In this document: in pieces, positions 26,799 to 40,309 of the stretch
Numbering within the stretch: position 1 is the first letter of the stretch
How the letters are laid out: the number at the start of each line of letters is the position of its first letter
Program-made: the position numbers and the translations under genes
Notes under the pieces: model-generated
The model's input: the letters and a program-made list of their open reading frames with translations, nothing else
Database searches by the model: none
Told to the model about the DNA's origin: nothing
From: Octopus vulgaris
Lineage: Eukaryota
Assembly: GCA_951406725.2 (NCBI GenBank)
Contig: OX597833.1
Location: 35,216,001-35,280,000 of the forward strand
Reading direction: 5' to 3'
Length of the DNA stretch: 64,000 bases

Positions 26799-28094
26799 TA
26801 CATAGGTTTGGTTTAAAACCAGAAGAAATATGATTCAATACATGAATCTATATAATTTTTCTGAAAAGTTTGCTGCCGATTATTAAAGAAATTATAGAGA
26901 TTGCATTTTATCGCTACAGCTGCATATGATGACCCGATTGCGGCAATTAAATGCTTGCAAACTGTTTATACCGAGAAGTATATTTCGACTGAAAGATATT
27001 TATATATGCATAAAATGGCGTGCAAAATGTGGACGCACGTCAAATTTATATTGAAAAATTGTTTATGCGGCTTGAATTCTAGTTTTTAAATTCTGAAACC
27101 GCTAAACTAAGTAACACGCGTGAAAGGATGGCGATAAAAAAAAAACAAAACAAGAAAGGAAGCTGGTCAGGATTTGCAAACACTGCAGGCTACAGAGTAT
27201 GATTGTGTTTTTTCTTGCACACCATACACTTCATGGCATGGTTGTTGAATTTCTTAAGATTTGCCCCACTTTCACTGTTCTCAGTCATTGTCCCACAGGG
27301 TATCCGAATATCTATTACTCTTGTCACTAAGTAGGCGTGGTAGCTTTGTCGGTTTAGTCATCGGCGCTCAAATAATGTCTTAAATTATTAATAGTTATAG
27401 TTATATGATTATCAGAATATTTGAACTGACCCACACATGCGCGCTCGCCTGTATATTTTATATAAATTTCTAATACGATGATTTATCGTACTTACACAGT
27501 AATATATCTGGAACAATATGCTCTCGGACTATAAGTCAAAATGATTCAGCTGTTTTGCCGCCCGGCTCCTTCATATACCTATAATAATTGGTAATGTTCT
27601 CAGAACATTGACTTAAACCTATATCAAATTCTATTATTCTCCTACTTGCGAAGCAGCTTGATCTTTCCGCTTACATCAAATTTTGTATTGTTTGACCATC
27701 CTAAGAATTGGTCATATGGCTACCAGCTAAACAACTACGCTTTTTATATTCATTAACCCATTGTCTTGTAGGGAAATTACTTAAAAGAAATTAGATTCTT
27801 ACACGTAACGTGAGTAGTAGATGCATACATACTGGGTACGGTTGGACAGTTATTTATTATTCGCTATAAGTGTTTCGACTAAACGTAGTTCTTCAAGAAT
27901 ACAGGTATTTGATTATGTAACTATTTGTTTGCATAATAACATCTATTTTATATTCACACACTACGAATGCCCAAATTCAAACTCGGAAGTATATAATAAT
28001 ACTACCGATAGTACCTGGGTAACTCTGAAGGTGGACGAGATTTATACAGTACTCTACCACGTTCCTAACAGAATGTAATATAGCTATATATATA

Positions 28095-28350
28095 TAGTAC
28101 TTATATTCGTGTGGCATCGTCCGGTTTTCTATCCTTGTTTCGTATAGATTCGATCCTTTTTCCAAGAAATCTAATGCTCGTAGCTTAGTTTTTCCTTGGG
28201 GCTGGCCGGATCGGAGCGATCTCAAGATTAATCAGCCGAAATTGCGAGGATGATCCGGTTCTTGACTGAAGATTAGAGGCTTTGAATGACCCGTCCGTTT
28301 ATTTTGTCGTCTATGTGAATGTTTTGCGTTCTTGTCCCATTTTGTATTTC
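28095..28350. mobile_element. Dispersed ~250 bp repeat in TA-rich context (second copy 45010-45280, fragment 4670-4720); possibly a Penelope-like end
   Basis: High-identity match to 45010-45280, e.g. GCTTAGTTTTTCCTTGGGGCTGGCC and GAAATTGCGAGGATGATCCGGTTCTTG. Confidence 0.7.
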
Positions 28351-28369
28351 TATATATATTTTTTATACA

Positions 28370-28405
<36 letters not shown>

Positions 28406-28464
28406 TGTATGTATGTATGTATGTATGCATGTATGTATGTATGTGTGTATGTATGTATACATAT

Positions 28465-28610
28465 ATGACGGGCTTCTTTCAGTTTCCGTCTACCAAATCC
28501 ACTCACAAGGCTTTGGTCGGCCCGAGGCAATAGTAGAAAACACTTGTTCAAGGTGCCATACAGTGGGATTGAACCCGGATCCATGTGATTCTTACCGCAC
28601 AGTTACGCCT
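28465..28610 (-). mobile_element. Type B SINE 5' half
   Basis: CTTCTTTCAGTTTCCGTCTACCAAATCCACTCACAAGGCTTTGGTCGGCCCGAGGC. Confidence 0.85.
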
Positions 28611-30959
28611 ATCCTTAATTACCATTTTATGTTTAACTATATATCTGTATATTACGTCATTAATTGAATTACCTATACTGCCTGTGCATTCAATATTATT
28701 CTCCGCCTACTCTTATAGTTTATCGTTCGGCTTAATTTTTGTCGTGTATTAAGTATTTTAACAATTTCAGAAATTCATTTATAGATTAATTCCTGATAAA
28801 TTCTTATTTTTTCCCAAGGTCTTATAATTTGTTATATATTCTTGTCAGTCTGCATATTTCTCTCTGTAACCGAAAAAAAAGTGATTTTTAATAATAGCTT
28901 TTTGAATGGTCACTTTGATCATTCATATATTGCGGCTAAATTCCAACTTAATGTAGAAGATTAAGACGAATTACAGGCGATCAAATCACTTCCTTTGTAT
29001 TTATCTCATTTATTTTCTCGTTCCTATAGAAATAAAATTAGTCTTATTTAGATTTGAACCCGATTTACCATCAATCATTCTGTTCATCATTATTTTATAT
29101 TAATTTAAGTTGAAGATGAATAATTGATTTTCATATTCATACATTTGTATTTTTATTAATTACTCTTTGGTGACTAAATATACTGTATAAGTGTTTGTAC
29201 ATTTGAACATTTTACAGCAGATGTCCTTGGGGCTGTTGCGTTTCATATAGTGTCATTGTGGCTACAATTATTTCAAGTTTTATAGTAATAGTCAACGGAG
29301 TAATTCAGTGATGGTCATATCCGTGGTAGCTTTTACACTGTCCAAGTTTTTATTTAGTAAAGTAATAGCTGTTATTTTATATTTGCTGTCATACTAAGTT
29401 TCAGGCAAGTTTTTGATAATGGCAGCATCCTAGACAATTACTTAATGGCTTACTTCGCAACAAGTGAAATGACCCACTAAACAATCAGTATCAGTGACGT
29501 AAATTATGCAGTAAAACTACATCTTCTGCCATGGTCAGGCACTGCCTGAATTTCAAATGACTTTGAGGCAGAAAAGACGTAATATCTTTTGTAACCTGAA
29601 ATAATACAGAATTTATTACTTATCCATGTTAAAAGATTTAATCTTCAGAACATATTTCCAGAGAAATTCTTTGCAAAATTGACTAGGGGAACACAGTTCT
29701 GTAATGTGTGACGCCTATTTATGCAGAGAAAGGTGCTAATAAAAGAATAAAAAAAAAACGAAGAAAGCTAATGAAGAAATGTGAAGGAGTGAAGAAATAA
29801 GTAGGAAAATTAGATTTCAACATTTTTATCAGTTTGTTTCAATTAGAAACAAAACCGCATTTTGCCATAAACTTGAATAGATTTTTCATCTTTCAAGATA
29901 CTCACGAATTTCGTTTGCTGTTTTTCATACATGCTTCGATAAGTTTCACAAACTAACCAAAACTTTTGAATTAGGAGAACTTTCTCAAGCAACTTTGTAG
30001 ACTTTGTTGAACAACGTGAAATCAGTAAAAATATTTATATAAATCTGGATTTTGCTAAGGTATCTGAAGTGTACAAGAACATATTTAAATTAATAGATAC
30101 GATATTGTAACTGTGAGGCAAAGAATGTTTCATTGTCATTGTGATAACTCGAAAAACCAGACTGAAGCGCGTGAATAGCACCTATAAAAACTGTACGACT
30201 AACAGCATTCTATTCGTGTCCTGGCCAACCTACTAGACCAGAAGAAACATCATGGCTGTGGTTATCAAGGTGTGATTATACTTTCTAATTAAAGCATTTG
30301 TGTTACTTTAACACCATTAAAACGTAAACTGAATCCACACCTTTTGTAAATATCTGTGTTAGTAGCAAAATTGTTCATGAATACACATGGACATATCTAA
30401 ATATTTATGTATAAATGTAGTACTACTTGATGATATTTATTTTAGACTTCTATTTTCTCTTGCTACAATGTTTCTGGTGAAAGTCTTCAAATGTTCTGTT
30501 TATGTGGATCATTTACTACTGTGACAAAATCTATTGCCATATCTGCCGATATATGTACATAAGAAGAAGCTACCTTAATATACCTTAATACCTACTAGGT
30601 TTTCACTCGACAGTATTTCATGGTAACGCAGCTCTATACTTTGATGTTAAACATCGACTTAGGCTTGTAATAGGATACATAGAGTCAGCAAACAATTAAG
30701 TTACGGTCTTTAAATTCAGATTTTCTTCATTGCTTATATTTTGTTCTTGGTATTGTTTTGCGCCGACCCTTTTCACATGATCGAGAAGCAGTACAAACAT
30801 AAAATTGGAGCTGTGTGTTTCAATTACTATATACTTCTGCAAGAATCTAACTCTTTTTACACAGTTGCTGAATACACATTTGTAAATACTAAGGCCTTGT
30901 CATCTAAATATATATCTGTCTCTAGTTTCTCACCGAAGTGGAACTAATAGTTATATAAA

Positions 30960-31165
30960 TAAATTGGGCACAAGGCCCGAAATTCGGAGGAAGAAACTAG
31001 TCAATTACATCGAGACAATACTTGACTGGGACCTTTTTTTTATCGACCCTTAAAGGACCAAAAGCAACGTTAATCACAGCGGGACTTGAACTTAGAATGT
31101 AAAGAGTTGGAACAAGTGCTGCAAAGCATTTTTTCGAACACTCAATTGGTTCTGTCAGCAAGCCA
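30960..31165 (-). mobile_element. Decayed type A SINE
   Basis: GGCACAAGGCC...ATCGACCCTTAAAGGA...TTGAACTTAGAATGTAA...AAGCATTTT. Confidence 0.7.
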
Positions 31166-32039
31166 AACAACTGAGAAGGATAAGAATATATATTTTAAAG
31201 CCAGTGAAATTTTCATAACATTTCTTACGCTTTTTCTTTTTTAAGATGTTGAAAGTAATACAAACTGACACAAACGGAACATGCCTAATCAGCAGCTTTT
31301 GACATTTAATTTCGAAGTCAACCGGAGATTTATTAAAACTGAAGATTGTTTTTTAGATCAAACTAGAAGTTTTATGAGTTTGTTAGCTCAATGTGAATAT
31401 TCAGACATGAAGAACAGTTATTTCTCCGAGTTATTCCTTTATTTTTTAGTTAATGCATCTAAAATCTGATTAAAATATTTTAATATTTCATTCGTATATT
31501 TTTAAAGATATACATGGAATTCAATCAAAAATAAACACGAAATTCGTTCTACTTTCTTGAGTATATTCTTACGAGTGGCAGCTGATACAGATTCGAAGAA
31601 ATCGTCTATTTTGTTCGTTATTGTAAGTATTTTGGTAAAGCGTTTGCCTTGTAGGGTTGGGGGGATGGGAGAAAAACTGTCTCCGGTATAGACACTGCAT
31701 TCTGATTTAAACAACATCATGCATGAAATTATGTTGCAATCTAAATTATCTTGAATCGGATACTACACACCGCATGTATTCAGTTTGTTATCGGAAAGCA
31801 ACCATATTGAAAAGGTTTAAATGTTTTCTTCTTATGACTGAATATTTATTGATAGGGAATAACAGCTCAAACTCTCGATAAACTTTGGAGAAGTCAAAGA
31901 TAATGCTTATATATTTTCAGACTAAAACAAAAATGGTTTCAATGGCCCCTTCCTATCTGTTACTTCTAGCTTAGTCGCGTTGATTTTGTGCATGTTGACT
32001 TGGTTAGCATCATAGTGAACAGTGAAACCATCGCAAGTG

Positions 32040-32458
32040 AGGAACTCTTAACTGTTTCTTCAGCATCCTACAAGGAAAGGAACACTCTGATTAACAACTA
32101 TGGTCTCATGTGCTTCTGGTCATCTTGCTATGGCTTGTCACTAGTTATTTATCATGGAGACTCAGAGAGTGGTAGCCGTGTTGTACAAGCGAATATCCTT
32201 ATAACCCAAAGACGTACAAATGTTTTTGTTTTTTTTTATAATATACTCATTTGACATTCCATCAACTGAAAGCCATATGGCGATGGGAAAGTGGCAACAT
32301 GTGCAAACCAGTTGGAAGTGCGCACATTATGCTTGAAAGCAAGCAGATCTGCAGCGACACTGGATAGTCATCTGAGAAGTCATGGAGGGAGAGTCAAAGA
32401 TGCTGTTCACAACGAGGAAGCACAGACAGAAATCATCTGTGAAGATGGAGCAGTTGTC
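32040..32458 (+). mobile_element. Decayed RTE-type LINE 3' end with (ATGT)n tail
   Basis: C-terminal LCLKASRSAATLDSHLRSH (RTE zinc-finger-like end), then a short UTR ATCATCTGTGAAGATGGAGCAGTTGTC running into (ATGT)n. Confidence 0.55.
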
Positions 32459-32589
32459 ATGTATGTATGTATGTATGTATGCATGTATGTATGTATGTAT
32501 GTATGTATGTATGTATGTATGTATGTATGCATGCATGTATGTATGTATGTGTGTATGTATGTATGTATGTATGTATGTATGTATGTATG

Positions 32590-35500
32590 CTCTTCAATTT
32601 TTAATTTACTGGTCACCTACTTGACTGTAAGGTTGTGAAGGAAAGCATCTTGTTTTAACCACCATCCTTTAAATCTTAAGAAGGTCATGTAGATTTTTGT
32701 AGTCCCAAATATCGTGATCATTTGTAGTGCATGAATTAAGGATTTGTGTTCTCTCCCCAACAGTCCAAGTTCAATCGTACTTCGCTCCAGATGGGTCGGT
32801 CTGTATCCTGTTGCTCCAAAAATAATAGGTATGAAACTGAAAGCATATCTTGGGAACTGGATTTGCAAAATCCAAAATCAATGGCCCATTGATGTCCTCT
32901 TTCTCTTGTATATTTTTAACCACATTGGTGTTCAGGGGACAACTGATTTCCACAACAACACATATCTTTTCCTTGTGATCCCATAACAATATCTGGCCGT
33001 TGTATTTTAATTTGGTGGTTGTTCTGATTTTTAAGTTCCACCATTATTCTTTTCACCCATCGGTTTCTATATAGTTATCTTCGTCTTTAGGTATTTTCTT
33101 TTTTGTTACCCTATTCCAGACTGTTCTGGCCACTGCATCATGCTTCACGGGAAAATAATATCTGGAAGACATTCTCTCACAGTTGGCAGTAATGCGGTTG
33201 ATGTCTTCAGGCTTGGTCTTGCACAGTCTACGTTTGTTGTCTGTCGACGTTTTCTGCCTTTTATGCTATAGGTACTCCCTTGTTCTCGAATTGTATGGAA
33301 TTAGCCTTCAAAGGCAGGATGTCATAAACTTTTCGATAATCCATGCTAAGCTTTTGACATGATCAGTCCCTTCTATGGCTTAGAAATTTCGTGTCAAGTA
33401 CTCACGTATAATCTTCTTAGTGAACTGCTCCATTTTTCATTTTGTTCTGATAAATAGATTTTACCAATGCTCCTTGTGGAGAGATCTATATCATCCATTA
33501 TTTCATACCTCTCCTCAAGCTTATTAGCTATCTTAATTATATTATTGATTTCATGGTCACAAAGTTGTGCAAGATAGTTACAGGTCTCTTTCCTGTGATG
33601 CAGATGCTATTTCAGTATCACAATACCTGCTTCATATGACATCAATACAGATTTGAGACCACAACCACCATCCTCATGTCGGAAGTACAGCTTGTCTACA
33701 TCTCCATTGATGCTGAAGTTCCCTGCAACACTGAGTAGTTTGCGAGTTTGAACATCTGTCTCATTGAGTTCTTATAGTGACCAGTTCAGAAAACCAAATG
33801 TAGGTGGGAGGACAGGCACTGCGAATGTCTTGAGGGCAGTATGCTTGCTGTAGGCTGAGAGTTCTGATGACTATATTCTCATTACTTTGCTGGGGGGTAT
33901 TCATTCCTGGTCCTCTCCGAATATGTGGGCCCATAATATCTGTCTAAGATACCTATAACTTCTACGTGACTATAGGGATTATATTGGCAAGCTGTTCAAC
34001 TTTAGGTTTTCAGAGGTGGGAACGTTTTATTATGAAAAGTGCACATTTCTACTGACCAAATTTCATCACAATGTCAGTAGAAAATGGATTATGCGGTCTA
34101 ATTGCTTTTTTATATGGTTGATATTTGGTCTATACTGTTCCTGGTCATCGAGAAAGAATAGAAGGGAGATACTTCTGGATGCATTTCCCTGGTCTCTATG
34201 TTTTGTGAGCAGGTATGATTGTCGGTTTAATAAGAGGAGGAAGAGCAACACTAACAGGCTATCCCGCTGAATGATGCCTTTTTGGCAGCGAATACTATTC
34301 GGCTCAAGTTTCTCCTTCTCACATCTAAGGAGCAAAGTGGTGTACCAAGTCTTGGTCAGGCTTTCAGTAACACTCACTAATGGCTTTCAATTACACTCAC
34401 TAACTGTAAAGCCTTGATAATCCAGCCATGTGGTATACTATGAACAGTCTTCTGGTGGTCCACACACACTACGGTTAAGTTCTTGCTATTTTTTACAGTT
34501 TTTTTTAGAGCATTTTGTTAATTAGTAGCTACTGTGTGCAGCCCTCACCTCCTTCTTTCCTTCAACTTGCTCAGGTGTTATAATGTTGTTGGTGGCACAA
34601 TGTATTCAGGGTATAATATGTGCATTATGTTCTAGCAGACTATTGCGTGGTAATTTTTAGCAGGGTGGTTTGGCTGTTCTTGGGGATGAGTAGTTATAGT
34701 TGATGACCATCGGGGCAGTTCTTTGGTGCCTTTGATACCATTTCCATACAACTTTATGAAATCTCGACGATAAATGGTAAAATTCTTTAGCCAATTAGTA
34801 CCTGTTATGAGATCTTGGCCTAGGGCTTTCCTGTCTGACATTTTCTGTAGAATTGTTTCCAGTATTTGCTGTCTGTTTCATATTACTTTTGCAGAATATG
34901 TTGGCAGTAGTCCTTCTCCAGTTCTTTTAGCCACACAGCTTATTTGTTCAACTCATCAATTGTTTCCTACACAGATCTCCAGTAGCCCTCAACACAAACT
35001 TTTGTGTGGGATGTCTTTTACAAAGATGGAGCCTTTCGAATTGAAGCTGGAATCTTTAGCAAATAATTTATTGCACTTTGCAGTTTATTTGTTGTAGACT
35101 TATATTTTAGTTTTTCAGCTGTATCATTGAGTTATTGTTTCGGCTGGTACAGTTAGGGGTTACGGGTTTTGAATCCTGTAGCACCAAATCACTATTCTAT
35201 TTACTTTTTTTTTTTTATATATTTCCCTGATGTCGTGTGAAGTTGTTGTCTGTGTTACATTTCATAACAACAATGATCTCTGGGATACTTTTTCGCAGGA
35301 ATAAAATTTTATTTTTTAAGTTACGTGCCCATGCTGGTTGAGACGTTTTGGTTGAATCTCGATTGCGTGACTTCAGCGCTTTGCGATACGCTAGTAATGT
35401 AAGAGCTGAGACATATATAAAAAAAGTTAAATCGTAAATGGTTCCGTAAATCGTTTTCATACTTTAGTATGTCTGGTCTTCAGATATTTGTTTGCTGTTT

Positions 35501-36030
35501 CGTTTACTGCATCTAATTCTAATTTATTGGGTTCTTTACTTATACTGGTGTTGTAAAACCTGTCATTCAAATTAAAGTTGCGGACCTGTTGAAATATATA
35601 ATTCCAGGTCACTTTAAGGCATCCACAAGTTTTTGTGTTCTGTTTGTACAGTATAGGTATGGATTTCAGCTGAATTATTAGAGTGTTGTTTACTGCTATA
35701 TTTAGTTAGCCATCAATGGAAGTAAGATGATTATCTTCAGTAGCTGGCTTTATAGGGTCAGCTTGCTTTGAACCGGACATTTCTGTTAGATGCATCAAAT
35801 TACTAATAATACATTTTGTTTGTTCATTTAAATGTTTAGAGAAAAATCTAATTCTGGGTGTTAGGAGTTCCACAAACTTTTTAGCCTTTGCATAAAACCA
35901 AAATATTGCAGGTCAGATTGTATATATGCTTTAATCCTACAATAGTTGTTTGTAGTTCCACTATTGTACTTAGACGTACAAATTGAGCTGTGTTCGCCTT
36001 TTTCGTGAACTGTTTTGAAACATTACCTGA
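32590..36030 (-). mobile_element. Near full-length degenerate R4-clade-like RLE LINE with (CATA)n at its 3' end
   Basis: Minus-strand remnants in order: GFMQRLKSLWNS.HPEL, QPAWARNLKNKILFLRKSI, KNYHAIVC, GCTQ.LLINK, GIIQRDSLLVLLF, LFFLDD, GNFSINGDVDKLY, CRLCK..CERMSSRYYFPVKHDAVAR, WDHKEKICVVVEISCP, IIFGATG, KIYMTFLRF. Same lineage as 16432-17770. Confidence 0.87.
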
Positions 36031-36297
36031 CTTATTGCTTTGTGTGTATCATTCTAGCGCTGTGTTTACATAAATATGTTATGATATACGTGTCGTTCAT
36101 ATACATATGTTACAATATGTGAATATATAAAACATTTATGTAGAAATATCTGTATGCAATCTTACCGCACACTGTAGCTCAATTTTTGCAATATTTGGTG
36201 TGTTGCCTTCATGTGAGCAATAATTACATACGTCCAAGTATCGAACTGATCATAACGATCACCATGTTGCATGTGTGTGTGCTTATGTATGTACGCA

Positions 36298-36401
<104 letters not shown>

Positions 36402-36760
36402 AAGAGTTAAGAAATGGAGCAGATAAAATCCGAGCTACATACGTTTCATAGCGAGCTGAACATCGGAGGTAGTAAATATCCAAGGAAGATGTATACCGCA
36501 AGCTACACTTCAGGCCAAAGGTATCTTGATTAGATGAAGTTTACTTTGTCGTTAGGAAGCCCATGTTAACATACAGAGGATTCGAATTCACTACCTTTCG
36601 CCCCAGTAGACCACTATTGTTCCTGAAAATTGCTTTTTATATTTTCTACGGATTGCTTGAAGCTCATTTTCTACACCTCGATCCTTGGATCTTACATTCA
36701 TAATACATACATACATACATGCATACAAAAATACATACATATACATATACATACACATAC

Positions 36761-36791
<31 letters not shown>

Positions 36792-36792
36792 G

Positions 36793-36825
<33 letters not shown>

Positions 36826-36829
36826 TTTT

Positions 36830-36912
36830 TTTTCTAGTTTCTGCTCAGAGCTGCGGCCATGCTGATGCACCGCTGTTTTGTGCTACACTGTTATTACGAC
36901 GAACCTCGTCTA
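36830..36912 (-). mobile_element. CR1 LINE extreme 3' end
   Basis: Matches 44270-44356. Confidence 0.8.
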
Positions 36913-36925
36913 TAAAAATGTGTGC

Positions 36926-36958
<33 letters not shown>

Positions 36959-36960
<2 letters not shown>

Positions 36961-37341
36961 ACTTATAAACAAGGGCAAAAGAAAAAAAAACTTCTAATGC
37001 CAAATATTCCGAAAATAGACAAATCGTCAATATAATTTATCACTATAAGCACGCATCTCGAAGCAAGCCGACAGAAATTTCTAAAAATTCCGTTATTATC
37101 GTATCGGTCCCAATTTCAGAGTTAATTCATAAGAATTTTCTCCTCGTCAGAGGAGAAAATTCTTATGAATTAACTCTGAAATTGGGACCGATACGATAAT
37201 AACGGAATTTTTTAGAAATTTCTGTCGGCTTGCTTCGACACGCGTGCTTATAGTGATAAATTATATGGTTATTGACGATTTGTCTATTTTCGGCATATTT
37301 GGCATTAGAAGTTTTTTCTTTTGCCCTTGTTTATAAGTTGT
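36959..37341. repeat. Near-perfect fold-back inverted repeat (~187 bp arms, 4 nt spacer GTCA) containing a hammerhead core; probable inverted Penelope-like pLTR
   Basis: 36959-37145 is the reverse complement of 37150-37341 with a few substitutions and small indels; the repeat sequence continues to about 37420; (TA)n flanks. Confidence 0.92.
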
Positions 37342-37448
37342 TTATAAATTTAACCTTTTAAGGTATTTTTTGATATGCTGGCCATTGATAGAATTTTTTT
37401 CGAAAAATTCTATCCTATATTAGATATATATATATATGCTAATATATG

Positions 37449-37772
37449 TGAAGGCGCGTGGCTTAGTGATTAGGACATTCGGCTCACTATCGTAAGGTCG
37501 TAAGTTCAATCCCCGGCGACGCGTTGTGTCCTTGCGCAAGACACTTTATTTAACGTTGCTCCAGTCCACACAGTTGGCAAAAATGAGTAGTACCTTATTT
37601 CAAAGGGCCAACCTTGTCGCACTTTGTGTCATGCTGAATCTCTCTGAGATTTACGTTAAGGGTACACGTGTTAGTGGAGTGCTCAGCCACTTGTACGTTA
37701 ATTTCACGAGCAAACCGTTCCGTTGATCGTATCAGCTGGGTCCCTCGTCGTCGTAACCGATGGAATGCTCCT
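37449..37772 (+). mobile_element. Type D tRNA/CORE-like SINE
   Basis: GAAGGCGCGTGGCTTAGTG head, AGTTCAATCCCC B-box, GTGTCCTTGCGCAAGACACTT; homologous to 40820-41090. Confidence 0.85.
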
Positions 37773-37870
37773 CTCTATATATAACACTTTTGAGAGAAAA
37801 CAACGTTATATATACGTGAAAAGACATACACAGAAACATAAAAATTTACATAAGTATATATGCATATAGT

Positions 37871-38170
37871 CGAGGCACAATGGCCCAGAGGTTAGGGCAG
37901 CGAACTCGCGGTCGTAGGATCGCAGTTTCGATTCCCAGACCGGGCGTTTTGTGTGTTTAGCGAAAACACCTAAAAGCTCCACGAGGCTCCTGCAGGGGTC
38001 GGTGGCGACCCCTGTTCTACTCATTCACCACAACTTTCTCTCACTCTCTCTTCCTGTTTCTTAAGTAACGCTGCGATGGACTGGCGTCCCGTCCAGCTGG
38101 GGGGAACACATACGCAGAAACCGGGAAACTGGGCCCATGAGCCTGGCTAGGCTTGAAAAGGACGACGTTT
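37871..38170 (+). mobile_element. Type C tRNA-derived SINE
   Basis: GAGGCACAATGGCCCAGAGGTTAGGGCAGCG...GTTTCGATTCCC; homologous to 46720-47012 and 61358-61655. Confidence 0.88.
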
Positions 38171-39063
38171 TTATATATGTATGTATATATATATTAATAT
38201 ATATTATTCAAAGAAATTCCAACTCTGCCTGTTTTTAATGTTTTATTTATATTCTTTATAATATTAATGTAGAATACAGTATATATAGTATAAATAATAT
38301 ATATATAGTAAAATGAAATGTAGTATTGAATATCTTATTGAATAGATGAAATATTGAATATAAAATATTGAGGGACCAGTATACTTTCTTGCATTATAGT
38401 AGTCTTCAAGGTCCCAGGTTGTGACAGGCGTGTTTCATATATATGTGTGTGTGTGCCTCTGTGTGTGTGTGTGTTTTCATGTATATATAATTTTGGCTTC
38501 TCCCAAAAGTGTTATCTAAAAATTACCTTGCGATCAATTTTATTATAATCCATACAAAATAAAAGGACTGAGTTATAGTACTACATCGATATATTAACGG
38601 AGAACCTAACAAATAGAGCATAGATAACAAAATTGTTGAAAATTCTCTCTATGTTTTGTCAATAGACCAAATAGAAATGAAATAAAACACAAGGCTGGAC
38701 ACACAATCACGTTCAACATACGCAGAATCTCTGCCTTTTCTCTCTCTCTCTTTTTACTCTTCTCTTTTTTCTGTAAAACACTTCGTGAGTACTGAGGGTG
38801 TTTGACAAATATAAATAGATACAGTGCCCAGATTTATTGCCTTTAAAATCGTTATAGAAAAAATCAAGGAAAAATGCAGAGCATGGCAATCTTAAAGAGG
38901 AATATATTACTTATATTTTCATTTCGAGATATAAAAAGAAACATAAAAAGTAAATTGTGTCCTAAGCTGCGAATACTAAACATACAAGCTCAGAGAAAAT
39001 AATACTGTTTATCTTCTAAAGTATATAATATCTACAGCTTATTTATATACCATTTCTATAATT

Positions 39064-39064
<1 letters not shown>

Positions 39065-39153
<89 letters not shown>

Positions 39154-39154
39154 G

Positions 39155-39229
<75 letters not shown>

Positions 39230-39260
39230 GTCTATCTGTCAGTCTGTCTGTCTGTCTGTC

Positions 39261-39295
<35 letters not shown>

Positions 39296-39316
39296 GTCTC
39301 TGTCTGTCTGTCTGTC
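39065..39316. repeat. (ATCT)n to (GTCT)n compound microsatellite
   Basis: Read directly from the sequence. Confidence 0.95.
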
Positions 39317-40194
39317 TGGGTGTGGTGAATAAATTGTCGTCTAAACCACGGAAAAAGAAAATAACACTGACATCTCATTTTAACAGATATATTTACCAAA
39401 ATTACTCAAATATATCTTGAAATACTAAAGAGTAACTTTATTCAATAAGACCGCCATTTGCTTCAAGGACAGCAAGCACACAACTTCGGAATCTCCTGCA
39501 ACTCTTCCGGACGGTCTCCTTGTTTAAGTTGGTGAATGCTCCCATAATCCTTGCCTTCTGTTCATCTTTGGTATTACAAGGAGTTTTGTAGGACTCTCGC
39601 CCAAATGCGTCCTACACATAATAATCAGGGGGGGGGTTGTAGTGTTGGGAGTTAGATGTTAGGGGTGATGTGGCCGCAGAAATTGTCTGACAGTCATGAC
39701 TGGGTTTTCCTGCTTGTGTGGTATGCTGCAGAGTCCTGTTGCCAGACAAAGGGTCTTCCAGCAGCCACCCTCTTCACCCATGGCAGCATTACCTCTTCAT
39801 GGCACTCGATGTATGCCGCCATGTTGAGTCCGAGGCCGTGTGAGAAGATGAATGGAGTCATAACGTCGCCATCACTAGTGATCACTCCAAACACCATGAT
39901 GTTGACTGGATGTTTGATTTTTATCACTCTCAGTACATGTTCTCAGATTGCAATGTCTTCAGATTGACATCCAAACATTTAAATGTTCGTATTGGAGCTT
40001 CCGGCGCAAATACCAAGCAGTACAGCATGTCATTTCCAAATTTCTGGCAGAGTGAATTGCGTCATGGTGCTGTTTTTCTCACAGACGGTGCCCAACAGAC
40101 CCTACTATACCGTGTAGTCGACAAAATCAAAAACAAACAATGCGTAGTGCGCGAAATTAAAAGTATGCAATGGCGAAAATTAACCCATCTCACG

Positions 40195-40197
<3 letters not shown>
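39316..40197 (-). mobile_element. Internally deleted maT/DD37D-type Tc1/mariner transposon
   Basis: KHPVNIMVFGVITSDGDVM, FVWQQDSAAYHTSRKTQ, PDYYV, LEANGGLIE*; N-terminal remnant MTQFTLPEIWK; diverged TIRs CTGGGTGTGGTGAATAAATTGTCG and CGAAAATTAACCCATCTCACGCTG. Confidence 0.85.
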
Positions 40198-40252
<55 letters not shown>

Positions 40253-40309
40253 GTGTGTGCGTGTGTGTGCGTGCGTGTGTGTGTGTGTGTGTATTGCTGA
40301 GTGTTTTTG

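Noticed and set aside
27160-27310. Cys-containing minus-strand stretch (KCMVCKK) resembling a piggyBac C-terminus
   Set aside because: Too short and interrupted, with no paired TTAA/TIR ends identified.
28200-28300. CTGAAGA and GAAA motifs in the 28095/45010 repeat as hammerheads
   Set aside because: Stems I to III could not be assembled, and the second copy reads CTCAAGA.
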